A DNA stretch of 64,000 bases from Candidatus Magasanikiibacteriota bacterium. Its GTDB lineage: Bacteria > Patescibacteriota > Patescibacteriia > Magasanikbacterales > GWA2-37-8. The translations under genes and the position numbers were made by a program. The notes beneath the pieces were generated by a model that saw only the letters and a list, made by a program, of their open reading frames with translations, was not told the origin of the DNA and did not search any database. Within the stretch, counting starts at the first letter, position 1, and the number at the start of each line of letters is the position of its first letter. The stretch lies in NCBI GenBank assembly GCA_016182085.1, contig JACOYB010000006.1, positions 2,015 to 66,014 on the forward strand. The letters run 5' to 3'. Of the stretch, positions 48,055 through 57,396 are shown in pieces.

Positions 48055-50619
48055 TTAGTTGTCGTTTTTTTTCATGACCAAACTCCAGATTTTGTCGGAA
48101 CCAAGCTCTGTTAGTTTTATTGACATGCCATTAGCTGCAGCCGAAAGTCCGAGGCCGTCGTGCCAAATTGGCAGCCAGCCATCCGGGAAAATTACCTGGC
48201 TTTCAAAGTTGCTGTTAATGCCGGATTGTTTTTGCGCCACAAGTTGATAATTGGAAATTGGTTCCTGAGATTGAAAAATTTTTGCCCAATTATTTAAGTT
48301 TGAATCACCTTGTTTTTCCCAGGCTTTAAATGGTAATTTGTAGATAAATTGAACTTCTGTCGTTTGGCCTGGTTCGGTAATGATCCAGTTGCCAAAAGCT
48401 GTTTTGCCAAATTCTTTGGTAATGCGGGTACCTGATAAACTATCGGTTGATTCTTCTTTTTCCAGGGCAGCTAAGGTTTGGTCTTTTTCATACCAGCTTT
48501 CCGGAGCTCTAAATATTCTTTCTTCTGGCCAGGTAAAGCCGCTGGCGCGCACGAGCTCACTGCCTTCGGGTACATAGATTCGCAGGTAATCAATATTGGT
48601 TTGTCCATATAATTTTTCTTGACTGTTTCCGGTATGCTCTCGGGTTATAACGACGCTGTTTACAATCGTGCCGTCTGGCTGGATAACCGCCTGGTGGCTG
48701 ATGTTTTGTTTTATTTTTGCGTCACTTTTCTGTCCTTGAATATTGGTATTTACTACAAGCAGGTAATCTTGATTTGGATTTGTTTGTATGATTTCGCCGC
48801 TCCAGCCAAATTCGCGAATCGTTTTTTGAGTATTTTCATCGGTAAAGTATGTTTGAATTTCTTTTTGCTGCAAGCCTTCTTCCAAGTTGGTAAGCATTGG
48901 CAAAACTGCTTTTGGTGTTATGTTTTTGAAATTTTCAATAAAAACCGGCGCCAAATCCGATAGAATTTGTTTAGGTTTATTATCCTTTTTTTCTGGGCCA
49001 TACTCTACGATATCTTGAATGGTGGCGAGTGCATTTGTTTTGTCTAAAACCAGTCCGCGATTCTCGTCGGCTACCGGACCCATTATGGAAAGTAGGCGAT
49101 TCAAAACACTGGCATTTATAGCGATTACCCCGTCAGCCGTAACTCCGCGGCTATGGCGGTAGAACCAAAGTGCTTTTTCGGCACTGGCCGGAAAGTCAGG
49201 GAACCAGTTGGCATCCTGGAACTCCCAGCGTTTATTGGATAATAGTAGCGGCGTAGGCGGGACAATATACTCGGTAAGCTGTCCTTGCAGGTCATAGGAT
49301 CCGCCGGCGGGAATGTCTATATGTATTATTTCACCATCCTTAATGTCTAACATGGCAAAACTGCCCATAAAACCGCCGGTAGGACGGAGCTCAGCCGGAT
49401 TTTGGAAAATAAGCAAGTATCTTCGCAGACCCTTGCCGCCAAAAATTTCCTGTACGGCGTTATTTAACTGAGCGATGGTTTCCAGATCTTTGACGTAGAC
49501 ATTAAATAAAACACGGAATTCTTTAAATGTGTCTTGGTATTCAAACGGCAACACATCTGAATCAACGTTATTTAATTCACGCACGGCTGTTTGATAATGG
49601 GGCAGGGAAAATTTTAGATGATCTCCCACAAGCGCCAGATTTTTGGTGATGGTGGAGTTGGATTGTTGAATTTCAGACAAACCTTTGAGCAAGTAGGTGT
49701 TGCCTAAGGAAATTTCTTGTCCGGCGACGATAAGCCGCTGGCGGCTTTGGACCTCGTTGTTCACGATAGGTACGGCTGAAATGATTTTTTGTAAAAAGCT
49801 ATATTTACTGTCCAAGATATTTACAGCCTGTTCAAAATTTTGCAGCGCGTCAGTGAGTGATAGCTGGGCATCGGTTAGGTTGCCGCTCATAAGCGCGGAA
49901 GTAGAATCGTGCAGCGCGGTAAAACCGGCGGTGCTGCTATCCGCGATTTTGTTGGTTGTGGATTTGAGGTCAAAGTAATAGGTGCGCGCGCCAGACGGTA
50001 CGAATATTAAAAAGAGTATGGCGAGTGTCGCGCCTACAAAATGCTTGGGAGCGGCTGTAGCGCGAATTTTATGTATGGCAGATTTAGCTTTTTGCGCGTG
50101 TGAAAATTTTAGATCAGAAAGTTTTTGGGATAATTTTTTAATTGTCATCCCGAACTTGTTTCGGGATCTAGATGCTGAAACAAGTTCAGCATGACGCTGT
50201 GTATTTTTTTGTTGAGTTGGTTCTTTTTGGGCTTCCATTATTTTTGGCAAGAAAGACGGCGCTGCCACCGGCTTAGCAGCCGATTGCGCAGCGGTATGCC
50301 GCTCATGAAAAAAATAAAAATCATTATTTTCTTCCGGAGCCACGGCTTGGATATGTTCCAGTAATTTATTCTTTTCTTTTTTAAGATTTACCAGGTGCGG
50401 GGATTCATGATTTTGATATTGAACATGGTGTACAAAAAATTTGAGCGGCGCGCGTTCCGTTTGACCAGTGTTTGTTTGCGATACCATGTTTGGGCTCACT
50501 TGTTTGTCCAGGTTGAAACTTAAAGCATCTGGGCAAGTGGATTTGTTGTGCCCTACTTTTTGGCAGAAACCGCAATGTCGGAGCTGGAGTTTTTTAGCCG
50601 GTTTTAGTTTTTTGGCCAT
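48055..50619 (-). CDS. DUF4012-containing membrane protein with N-terminal zinc knuckle
   Basis: YLLIFQNPAELRPTGGFMGS, DANWFPDFP, DGVIAIN; N-terminal CGFCQKVGHNKSTC. Confidence 0.85.
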   Translation of the reverse strand: MAKKLKPAKKLQLRHCGFCQKVGHNKSTCPDALSFNLDKQVSPNMVSQTNTGQTERAPLKFFVHHVQYQNHESPHLVNLKKEKNKLLEHIQAVAPEENNDFYFFHERHTAAQSAAKPVAAPSFLPKIMEAQKEPTQQKNTQRHAELVSASRSRNKFGMTIKKLSQKLSDLKFSHAQKAKSAIHKIRATAAPKHFVGATLAILFLIFVPSGARTYYFDLKSTTNKIADSSTAGFTALHDSTSALMSGNLTDAQLSLTDALQNFEQAVNILDSKYSFLQKIISAVPIVNNEVQSRQRLIVAGQEISLGNTYLLKGLSEIQQSNSTITKNLALVGDHLKFSLPHYQTAVRELNNVDSDVLPFEYQDTFKEFRVLFNVYVKDLETIAQLNNAVQEIFGGKGLRRYLLIFQNPAELRPTGGFMGSFAMLDIKDGEIIHIDIPAGGSYDLQGQLTEYIVPPTPLLLSNKRWEFQDANWFPDFPASAEKALWFYRHSRGVTADGVIAINASVLNRLLSIMGPVADENRGLVLDKTNALATIQDIVEYGPEKKDNKPKQILSDLAPVFIENFKNITPKAVLPMLTNLEEGLQQKEIQTYFTDENTQKTIREFGWSGEIIQTNPNQDYLLVVNTNIQGQKSDAKIKQNISHQAVIQPDGTIVNSVVITREHTGNSQEKLYGQTNIDYLRIYVPEGSELVRASGFTWPEERIFRAPESWYEKDQTLAALEKEESTDSLSGTRITKEFGKTAFGNWIITEPGQTTEVQFIYKLPFKAWEKQGDSNLNNWAKIFQSQEPISNYQLVAQKQSGINSNFESQVIFPDGWLPIWHDGLGLSAAANGMSIKLTELGSDKIWSLVMKKNDN
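50144..50195. repeat. Short GTCAT..ATGAC palindrome inside the DUF4012 gene
   Basis: GTCATCCCGAACTTGTTTCGGGATCTAGATGCTGAAACAAGTTCAGCATGAC, read as RHAELVSASRSRNKFGMT. Confidence 0.8.
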
Positions 50620-50781
50620 TACAAAAAAATATGTGGAATTACTTCCATATTATACACTATTTTTGAGGTTTTGAGGACTGTGAATAAAGGTGTTTGATTT
50701 TGACAAAATGGAAGCTGTAAAGGTAGTATACTTTTAGTTGTTTGGCGTGCTCTTTGAACAAGAATCAACAGGGGGGAACCT

Positions 50782-51177
50782 ATGCTGTACGTCCTTTTGA
50801 CACTGGCAAGCGTCGGATACCTGAACGTTGGCCTTCACTTGACTAGCAAGAAAAAGGCCGCAGAGGCCTTGGCTTCTAAGGATAGAAATAAAAAAGAGTG
50901 GCATAAGTTCAATCGAGATTGGCTATTCTCTATGCTATGGCTGCCGCCTTGGCGTTTGGTTCAAGAGGTGGTTAAGGCTGGGATTTTCCCGGCGCTTCTT
51001 AGCCATAGGAAGCGTGTTAGGGAATTGGCGGCCAAATTCGCAAACGAGCCTGATGATCCGAAGCTTCTGGCCGAGGCCGAACGGGAAGCGGATCGGGCCG
51101 CGCGGGGGGTTGCTGAACCCGAACCAGACAATGCCTTGAATCAGGTGTTGAACCCACAAGACCTGCCAGACGAATGA
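50782..51177 (+). CDS. Hypothetical membrane-associated protein
   Basis: GGGGGA SD, TTGACA promoter near 50700. Confidence 0.6.
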   Translation: MLYVLLTLASVGYLNVGLHLTSKKKAAEALASKDRNKKEWHKFNRDWLFSMLWLPPWRLVQEVVKAGIFPALLSHRKRVRELAAKFANEPDDPKLLAEAEREADRAARGVAEPEPDNALNQVLNPQDLPDE

Positions 51178-51208
51178 GGGTCTTTAGTTTGAAGGCACGG
51201 CCGTTTAA

Positions 51209-52303
51209 TCAAGGCAGATTAGCGGCTTTTTTCATTTCTGCTATAAAAGTTTTTTCAGTAAATTTTTGAGCAGTTTTTTGGCAAAATTCTTCCATTTGCA
51301 CGGCTTTTTCCAAAGTCATATTTTTTACGGCTTCGCGCAAATTATTTGTGTTAAAATTAGGCGGCAGTAAAATGCCATTTTTTCCGTCTTCAATTATTTC
51401 TAAGAGTCCTCCCTCGGCCACGCCGATGACCGGTTTGCCGGCTTGCATGGATTCTACGGCGCTCATGCCAAAATCTTCACGGATGGGTATGTATATGGTG
51501 GCTAAACATTTTCCCAAATATTCCAAAAGCTGCTCATCGCTCACCCAGCCGAGAATAGTGATATTATTATGGCCCTTGGCCAGATTTTTAATTTTTTCCA
51601 GTTCGGGCCCGCCCGAAGCCACCACTAATTTTTTATCCGGCATGCCCACGAAAGCTTCTACGATTTTGTCTACTCGTTTTACATCATAAAGACGAGCCCA
51701 AGAGAAAAAGTACTCACCGTAGCCCAGATTTTTAAATGGTAGGGTATCGCAAGGGGGGTAGACCACGACAGACTCCAGTCCTAAATATTTTTTAATTCGC
51801 TCTTGAGTATTTTTGGAGTTGGTAATAATCAGGTCCAAACGTCGGGAGAGAGTTTCAAATCGCCAGCGATTAAGCCGGACAAAAGGAATGAAGATGATTT
51901 TTTTCCAAAGCGGGTATTGTGTTAAACGATTTTGGTAAGTGTCGTATAGATGTCTGGGAGGAGTGTGCATGTAGGCAATGTTTCGTTTGCTGCGTAGCCG
52001 CGTAAGCGCGATAAGACAATCACCGCTGTAGATTATAATGTCGTATTTTTTGGCAAAACCAGTTTTGAACAAAAAGGAAAATTGTACTTGCAGATAACGA
52101 AATCCCGGCAGGTTTGACCAAGCTTTTTCTTTATATAATTCTATAGTATGTATGCCTTCCGCACGCGGATCAAAAGCATCTTTGCCAATAAAAGCTGTGG
52201 CTATATCGGCATGCAGGTTTTTGGCCAGGCTGATGACAAGTCGTTCGCCGCCGCCTTTGTACAAAAAGTAATCGTGCAGGATAAGAATTTTAGGATTGGC
52301 CAT
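51209..52303 (-). CDS. Glycosyltransferase family 4
   Basis: HDY...GGGER, YMHTPPR, EDFGMSAVESMQAGKPVI. Confidence 0.93.
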   Translation of the reverse strand: MANPKILILHDYFLYKGGGERLVISLAKNLHADIATAFIGKDAFDPRAEGIHTIELYKEKAWSNLPGFRYLQVQFSFLFKTGFAKKYDIIIYSGDCLIALTRLRSKRNIAYMHTPPRHLYDTYQNRLTQYPLWKKIIFIPFVRLNRWRFETLSRRLDLIITNSKNTQERIKKYLGLESVVVYPPCDTLPFKNLGYGEYFFSWARLYDVKRVDKIVEAFVGMPDKKLVVASGGPELEKIKNLAKGHNNITILGWVSDEQLLEYLGKCLATIYIPIREDFGMSAVESMQAGKPVIGVAEGGLLEIIEDGKNGILLPPNFNTNNLREAVKNMTLEKAVQMEEFCQKTAQKFTEKTFIAEMKKAANLP

Positions 52304-52452
52304 AAATGAATAGGGTGCGACTTCAGCCTGTATATTGGCATTGGCTAAAGATCGGGAATATGTTATGATTTCCCCAAGGAGAATAATAGGCTAATTGTAG
52401 CATATTATTTAATATTTACCAGGTATTTTTCTATAGGGGCTAAAGCCCATAT

Positions 52453-52545
52453 ATGCTCATTCGCTCGGAAATATCCAGTATAAATATTTTAGCTCGCAAG
52501 CGATCAAAAATATTTTCCTGTCTATTTCACTCACTCATTTCGTAT
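52453..52545 (+). repeat. Start-codon-abutting hairpin cassette (long loop variant)
   Basis: GCTCATTCGCTCGGAAAT..ATTTCACTCACTCATTTCGTAT-ATG(52546). Confidence 0.85.
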
Positions 52546-52956
52546 ATGAAAGAATCATTTTTCAAACATATTCCAAAACCGGAATCAGGCGCTGAAGAAC
52601 CGCACAAACAACCCAAAGTTGTAGACATTCCAGCCGGCGGCAAAGAGAAAAAAATAGATGCAGACCCGATTGCCCGATACACTAAAACTTACCACAAAAT
52701 CATGCTTGATTTCGGTCATCAAATTATAAACTCAAAAGAGAAAAGCCTGGCTATACCAAATAGTTTAGAACTCATGATAAAAAATTGCGACACCGATCAG
52801 CTGGTTGGTGAGATTGAGAATACAAAAAAGGAAGACTGGAAACGCAGGGAAGTGTTGTTTAAAGCAATTACCGATGAAATTTATCTGCGGTTATGGGAAG
52901 CAAGGAAAGGTTCAAAAAGAAAAACTAAATCCGCCGATATTATAAAAGTTCAATAA
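52546..52956 (+). CDS. Hypothetical protein
   Basis: Start reassigned to ATG 52546; the first 31 codons of ORF 52453 are the repeat cassette. Confidence 0.65.
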   Translation: MKESFFKHIPKPESGAEEPHKQPKVVDIPAGGKEKKIDADPIARYTKTYHKIMLDFGHQIINSKEKSLAIPNSLELMIKNCDTDQLVGEIENTKKEDWKRREVLFKAITDEIYLRLWEARKGSKRKTKSADIIKVQ

Positions 52957-54226
52957 ACTCTTTGGCAGATTCTGTCCAGCTAAATTTTTTAGCTTGCTCT
53001 GGGCCTAATTTTTTAAAATCTTCTCTCAAGGATTCATTTTTTAGTATATCCGCCATTGCTTTTGCTAGTTCTGAAGGGCGGTTGGGGTTTACCAAATAGG
53101 CGGCATTTTCGGTGATTTCCGGCAAGGATGAGCGGTGGGAGGTAATAACCGGTACGCCACAGGCCATCGCTTCGGCTACAGGAAAACCAAAACCTTCATA
53201 AAAACTTGGGTAGACAAATAAGTCCGCTAATGAATACAAAATGTGTTTATCTATTTCTGCTACCGAACCGATAAATATTATTTTATCTCTGGCTGGTGAT
53301 TTTTGCGCGGCGCTAAAAATGGCTTCGTCATTCCAGCCTTTATGGCCGGCAATTATTAGGGAGTAGGTGGTAGGCAGTAGGGAGTAGCATTGTTCAAAAG
53401 CACTTATTAGGCCAATAATATTTTTGCGCGGTTCTATAGTGCCTAGGAAAAGAATAAACTTACCTGGAAGGTTGTATTTTTTTTGTACCATTTCTTTGTT
53501 TGTCATCTCGAGCGATCCCGACTGCTCGGGAGACGAGGGATCTTTATCCGTTGTCATTCCCGCCGCAAGCGGGAATCCAGTATCCGATTGTCTGGATTCC
53601 CGCTGTGGCGGGAATGACAAGTGACCGGACAGAGATTCCTCGCCGATGCGAACCGGGTTCGGAATGACAGTTGATTGATTGTTTGAGCAGGTAACCCCAG
53701 GATAAATCACTTTAATTTTTTCCGATGGAATTTTGTACAAGTCAATGATATCTCGTTTGGTATTTTCCGACGGCGTAATGATAATCTCAGCCTGCTGGCA
53801 TTGTTTTTTTGGGTTAACCGCCCAGTGCCATAAGCGTTGTTTGGGAGAAAAAAATTGCGGAAAAAATTCAAAAGACAGATCGTGGACAGTAAGTATCTGT
53901 TTTGGTTTTTTGGTTAGGGCGGTAAAGCCAAAATTTGGTGAAAAGAAATAGTCCAGTTTAATTTTTTTGTCTATTTTTGGCGCGTTTAGAAGTTTTGTAG
54001 ATGCGTTAAATAATTTGTTGGGCCAGCGCGTGGCAACATAGCCTATATTAGGCTGTTTCCACTCAGGAATATTTTTGGAAATATCCGTATATGAATTATA
54101 AAAAAGAAAATATTGATTTTGTTTATCAATTTCAAAAATAGCATTCAGAAGTTCGTGTGTATATTCGCCTATGCCAGCCCGAACGGGAGACATGAGAGAG
54201 CGGATATCTATGCCAATTTGCAACAT
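52940..54226 (-). CDS. Glycosyltransferase family 4 with in-frame nested palindrome
   Basis: IGIDIR, TVHDL, LGTIEPRKN, PSFYEGFGFPVAEAMACGVPVI. Confidence 0.93.
   Translation of the reverse strand: MLQIGIDIRSLMSPVRAGIGEYTHELLNAIFEIDKQNQYFLFYNSYTDISKNIPEWKQPNIGYVATRWPNKLFNASTKLLNAPKIDKKIKLDYFFSPNFGFTALTKKPKQILTVHDLSFEFFPQFFSPKQRLWHWAVNPKKQCQQAEIIITPSENTKRDIIDLYKIPSEKIKVIYPGVTCSNNQSTVIPNPVRIGEESLSGHLSFPPQRESRQSDTGFPLAAGMTTDKDPSSPEQSGSLEMTNKEMVQKKYNLPGKFILFLGTIEPRKNIIGLISAFEQCYSLLPTTYSLIIAGHKGWNDEAIFSAAQKSPARDKIIFIGSVAEIDKHILYSLADLFVYPSFYEGFGFPVAEAMACGVPVITSHRSSLPEITENAAYLVNPNRPSELAKAMADILKNESLREDFKKLGPEQAKKFSWTESAKEFIELL
53502..53668. repeat. Nested GTCAT..ATGAC palindrome (inner unit 53553-53618) inside GT4 gene
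   Basis: Encodes ~55-aa insert VIPNPVRIGEESL..LSFPPQRESRQSDTGFPLAAGMT..SLEMT. Confidence 0.9.
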
Positions 54227-54227
54227 A

Positions 54228-55346
54228 CTACCCAATCAAAGCCTGCTGATTAAAGCCGTTTTTAAAATCTTCGTATCTGTCTGTAACGTATTTTTTAATG
54301 TTATTTTTAAAGTTTATCGCATCAAATTTAGCAGCTTGTTCGCGGATTTTGCCGCTGTCCCAATTTTCATAATTAAAATGTAATAGTTTGTCTAAGAGCG
54401 ACTCCCATGTTTGAGCGTGAAAAAATACGCCGGTTTCATTAGAGATGACAGTTTCGGTGGCGCCGCCTTGGGAAAAGGCAATAACTGGCCGTCCGCAGGC
54501 CATAGCTTCTACGGCCGTAATGCCAAAGTCCTCTAGTTGCGGATGAATAAATGCGCGCGCGCCAGAGAGGATTTTGCCTTTTTCCTCGTCCGTAATCTGC
54601 CCTAAAAATTCTATATTATTTTTGGCTATTTTTCGCAGGCTATTTAATTCCGGCCCGTCGCCAAAAATTTTTAGTGGCCATTGTAAGCGGTTAAATGCCT
54701 TCACGATCAAGTCGAATCGTTTGTAGCCAACCAACCTTCCGCCAGCCGCGTAATAAGTGCTGGTTTTTTGCAGAGAACAAGACGAAAGCTCTACGGGCGG
54801 GTAAATAACCTCGCTTTCGCGGCGATAGTATTTATTAATCCTTTGTTGGACGGTGCGTGAGTTAGCGATAAAATTATCAACTCTATCTACGCTCATTTTA
54901 TCCCAAATGCGCAGACGATGAATAAAGTGAGGAAGTAGAAATTTTATAAAACGATTTTGTTTTAAATCCGAAATATAATTATAATTATCCGCCCACAAAA
55001 ATCGCGGCGGGGTGTGGCAATAGGAGATGTGTAGGGTGTTGGGGCTGGTGATCACGCCTTTGGCAAACATGCTGGAAGTGGAAATAACTACATCAAAACC
55101 TTTTAAATTATGCTGTTCGGTAGCCAGCGGCATCCAAGGCAGATACCATTGATACGATGAATTACGAAACGGCATTTTGGCCAGAAAAGACTCGCGAATA
55201 TTTTTGTTATTAAAGAATCTTATTTTTTCCTTGTCATGAAATAAAACAAATATCGGCGCGTCCGGCCAAATTTCGTGCAGAGATTTTAAGACCCGCTCCG
55301 CCCCTCCATCCTGAGCGAGATAATCGTGTACAAGGGCGATTTGCAT
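54228..55346 (-). CDS. Glycosyltransferase family 4 (WbaZ-like)
   Basis: ALVHDYL..GGAERVL, YCHTPPR, EDFGITAVEAMACGRPVI. Confidence 0.93.
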   Translation of the reverse strand: MQIALVHDYLAQDGGAERVLKSLHEIWPDAPIFVLFHDKEKIRFFNNKNIRESFLAKMPFRNSSYQWYLPWMPLATEQHNLKGFDVVISTSSMFAKGVITSPNTLHISYCHTPPRFLWADNYNYISDLKQNRFIKFLLPHFIHRLRIWDKMSVDRVDNFIANSRTVQQRINKYYRRESEVIYPPVELSSCSLQKTSTYYAAGGRLVGYKRFDLIVKAFNRLQWPLKIFGDGPELNSLRKIAKNNIEFLGQITDEEKGKILSGARAFIHPQLEDFGITAVEAMACGRPVIAFSQGGATETVISNETGVFFHAQTWESLLDKLLHFNYENWDSGKIREQAAKFDAINFKNNIKKYVTDRYEDFKNGFNQQALIG

Positions 55347-55367
55347 ATACCAAGAGATTTTGGCGAT

Positions 55368-56789
55368 TTATACGACTGATCCGTTTCTGCCCAGTACTAC
55401 AAACGGGGTTTTGATAATAATAATTAAGTCCATATACAAGCTCCAGTTCTCAATATAAAAGGTATCTAAGTTTATTTCTTCTTCATAACTTAAACTGCTG
55501 CGTCCGGAAATTTGAGATAAGCCGGTAAGACCCGGCTTGATAGCCAAGACAATTTTATGCTGGCGTTTATACCCTTGCACCTCGCGCGGCTGGTGCGGAC
55601 GCGGACCAACCAAACTCATTTCTCCTTTTAACACATTAAAGAATTGCGGTAATTCATCTAAACTATAGCGACGCAGGAGCCTGCCAATCGGCGTAATACG
55701 AGGATCGTCTTTAATTTTATAAATCGGACCGGGTTTTATACTTTGTTTGGCGATTAATTCTTTTTCCGTCTTGAGCGCAACTACACCTTGTTTGCCAAAT
55801 TGTGGGCCGGTAGAGAATTTTTGATACATCGTACGGAATTTTAAGGCAAAGAATTTGTTATCTTCTTGGCCCACGCGTTCGTTTTTATAAATCACCGGAA
55901 AACCGCTTTCTATAGCGATAATTATATAAATTAAAATAAATAATGGTGAAAATAATAGGATAAAAAATATACTCCCCATTACATCAACCAGTCTTTTAAT
56001 AATTCGGTTCCAGCCGGTAAGACGAGTGAGCCGCAGTTCAATAATTGGAATACCGCCGATTGTGCTTACAGCCATATTGGTGGAAATAGTAGAAAATAAA
56101 TCCGCGCTGTATTTAAAAGCAATATGGTGTTCGTTGGCAAAATCGATCGCTTCTAAGGCTTCGTCGCCATGAGCCTTTGGATCGGTGAAAATTATTTCAT
56201 CCGGACGATTTTTTAATAAATATTCTCTGGTTTCCAGATTAAAATGTGAAAATACCTTCATTAGTTTGTATCCAAGAGCCGGGCGCGATTCTAGTACATC
56301 TTTAATTTGGCTGGCTATAATTTCTTTTCCAATAATTGCAGTTTTGCGCAAGCCAAAACCAGCGCGGTACATTAATTTTTTTAGTCCACTCATAGCGATT
56401 CGGCCGACACAGACATAGATCATAGCCAGAATCCAACCGACCAGGACCAAAAAGCGAGAATCAAATTTTTGCAAGGCAAAGAACACGTAAATCGCAATAG
56501 CCGCAAAGCCGGTGGAACAGGCAAAAATTACGCGAGTTAAATCGGCTGCCAATTTACGGTTGGGGGAAGTGCTGTATAAACCGGAGAAAGCAAAAATAAT
56601 TATCCAAACCAGGGCGGTGATAAGCAGCAAGGGCCAATATTTTTCCCAAGCTAAATTGAATAAAACCGGACGGATATTTTTGGTAAAAGTTGTAAAACGC
56701 AAGCCGTACGCGGTCATGCCCGCCAGCACCAGAAGGGTATAATCTACGGGAAGCTGGGCAAAAGCAAAGGTTAGTTCCAATTTTTTCAT
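55368..56789 (-). CDS. Polyprenyl-phosphate sugar phosphotransferase (WcaJ/WbaP family)
   Basis: N-terminal TMs; KFRTM, DDPRIT..G..LRRYSLDELPQ..NVLKGEMSLVGPRP, KPGLTG. Confidence 0.95.
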   Translation of the reverse strand: MKKLELTFAFAQLPVDYTLLVLAGMTAYGLRFTTFTKNIRPVLFNLAWEKYWPLLLITALVWIIIFAFSGLYSTSPNRKLAADLTRVIFACSTGFAAIAIYVFFALQKFDSRFLVLVGWILAMIYVCVGRIAMSGLKKLMYRAGFGLRKTAIIGKEIIASQIKDVLESRPALGYKLMKVFSHFNLETREYLLKNRPDEIIFTDPKAHGDEALEAIDFANEHHIAFKYSADLFSTISTNMAVSTIGGIPIIELRLTRLTGWNRIIKRLVDVMGSIFFILLFSPLFILIYIIIAIESGFPVIYKNERVGQEDNKFFALKFRTMYQKFSTGPQFGKQGVVALKTEKELIAKQSIKPGPIYKIKDDPRITPIGRLLRRYSLDELPQFFNVLKGEMSLVGPRPHQPREVQGYKRQHKIVLAIKPGLTGLSQISGRSSLSYEEEINLDTFYIENWSLYMDLIIIIKTPFVVLGRNGSVV

Positions 56790-56961
56790 AGGGTATTTTA
56801 AGGTCTATTTTACCCCATTATTTTTCTTTGAGCAAGCGAGTTTTAGCGCTGTGTTATTAATATTTTTTTCACCTTTTATAACCCCGTCCGCTTTGGACGG
56901 GGTTATAAAAGGTGAAATTAAGACGTTGACAAAACGCCTAGTTTATGCTAATATATCGTTC

Positions 56962-57351
56962 GCATAGTGATGATCGTCCCGACTCAGTCGGGAAGGAAAG
57001 TCCGAACATTCCCTCTGTATAGTCACGCCAGAGGAAAAAGGTAGTGGGTAATTCCCATCGGCCGCAAGGCCTGAGGTGCGAGCAGAGACGTTTCTTTTTG
57101 AAAGAAAAGAAAGAGCAAACCTTAAATTTTTGTTCAATCAAAAATATTGCTCAGTTCTTAGCGGAGGTAGTAAGCTAAGAGGTGAAACGGCTAAATCCTT
57201 ACTTGAATGCAAGAACAGCCCTAAACCAAATTTGGTTTTTGGAAAAGTTCGTTCGCTTGAGGTTTCGAGTAATCGAGATCCTAGATAAATGATCGTCGAC
57301 CATTTAGCGCGCAAGCGTTAATACGGATACAAAATTCGGCTTATACTATGC
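56962..57351 (+). ncRNA. rnpB: RNase P RNA
   Basis: GGAAAGTCCGAAC and ACAAAATTCGGCTTA (P4), GCATAGT/ACTATGC P1, GGTGAAACGG, CCTAGATAAATGATCG; TTGACA upstream, terminator downstream. Confidence 0.93.
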
Positions 57352-57396
57352 AAAACAAAAACTTCCCCGATCGGGGAAGTTTTTGTTTTGGTTGAT

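Noticed and set aside
56870-56914. Long perfect palindrome CACCTTTTATAACCCCGTCC..GGACGGGGTTATAAAAGGTG as an ncRNA gene
   Set aside because: A single hairpin between divergent promoters resembling the ACCCC..GGGGT mini-palindrome near 4702; no further structure supports a gene.
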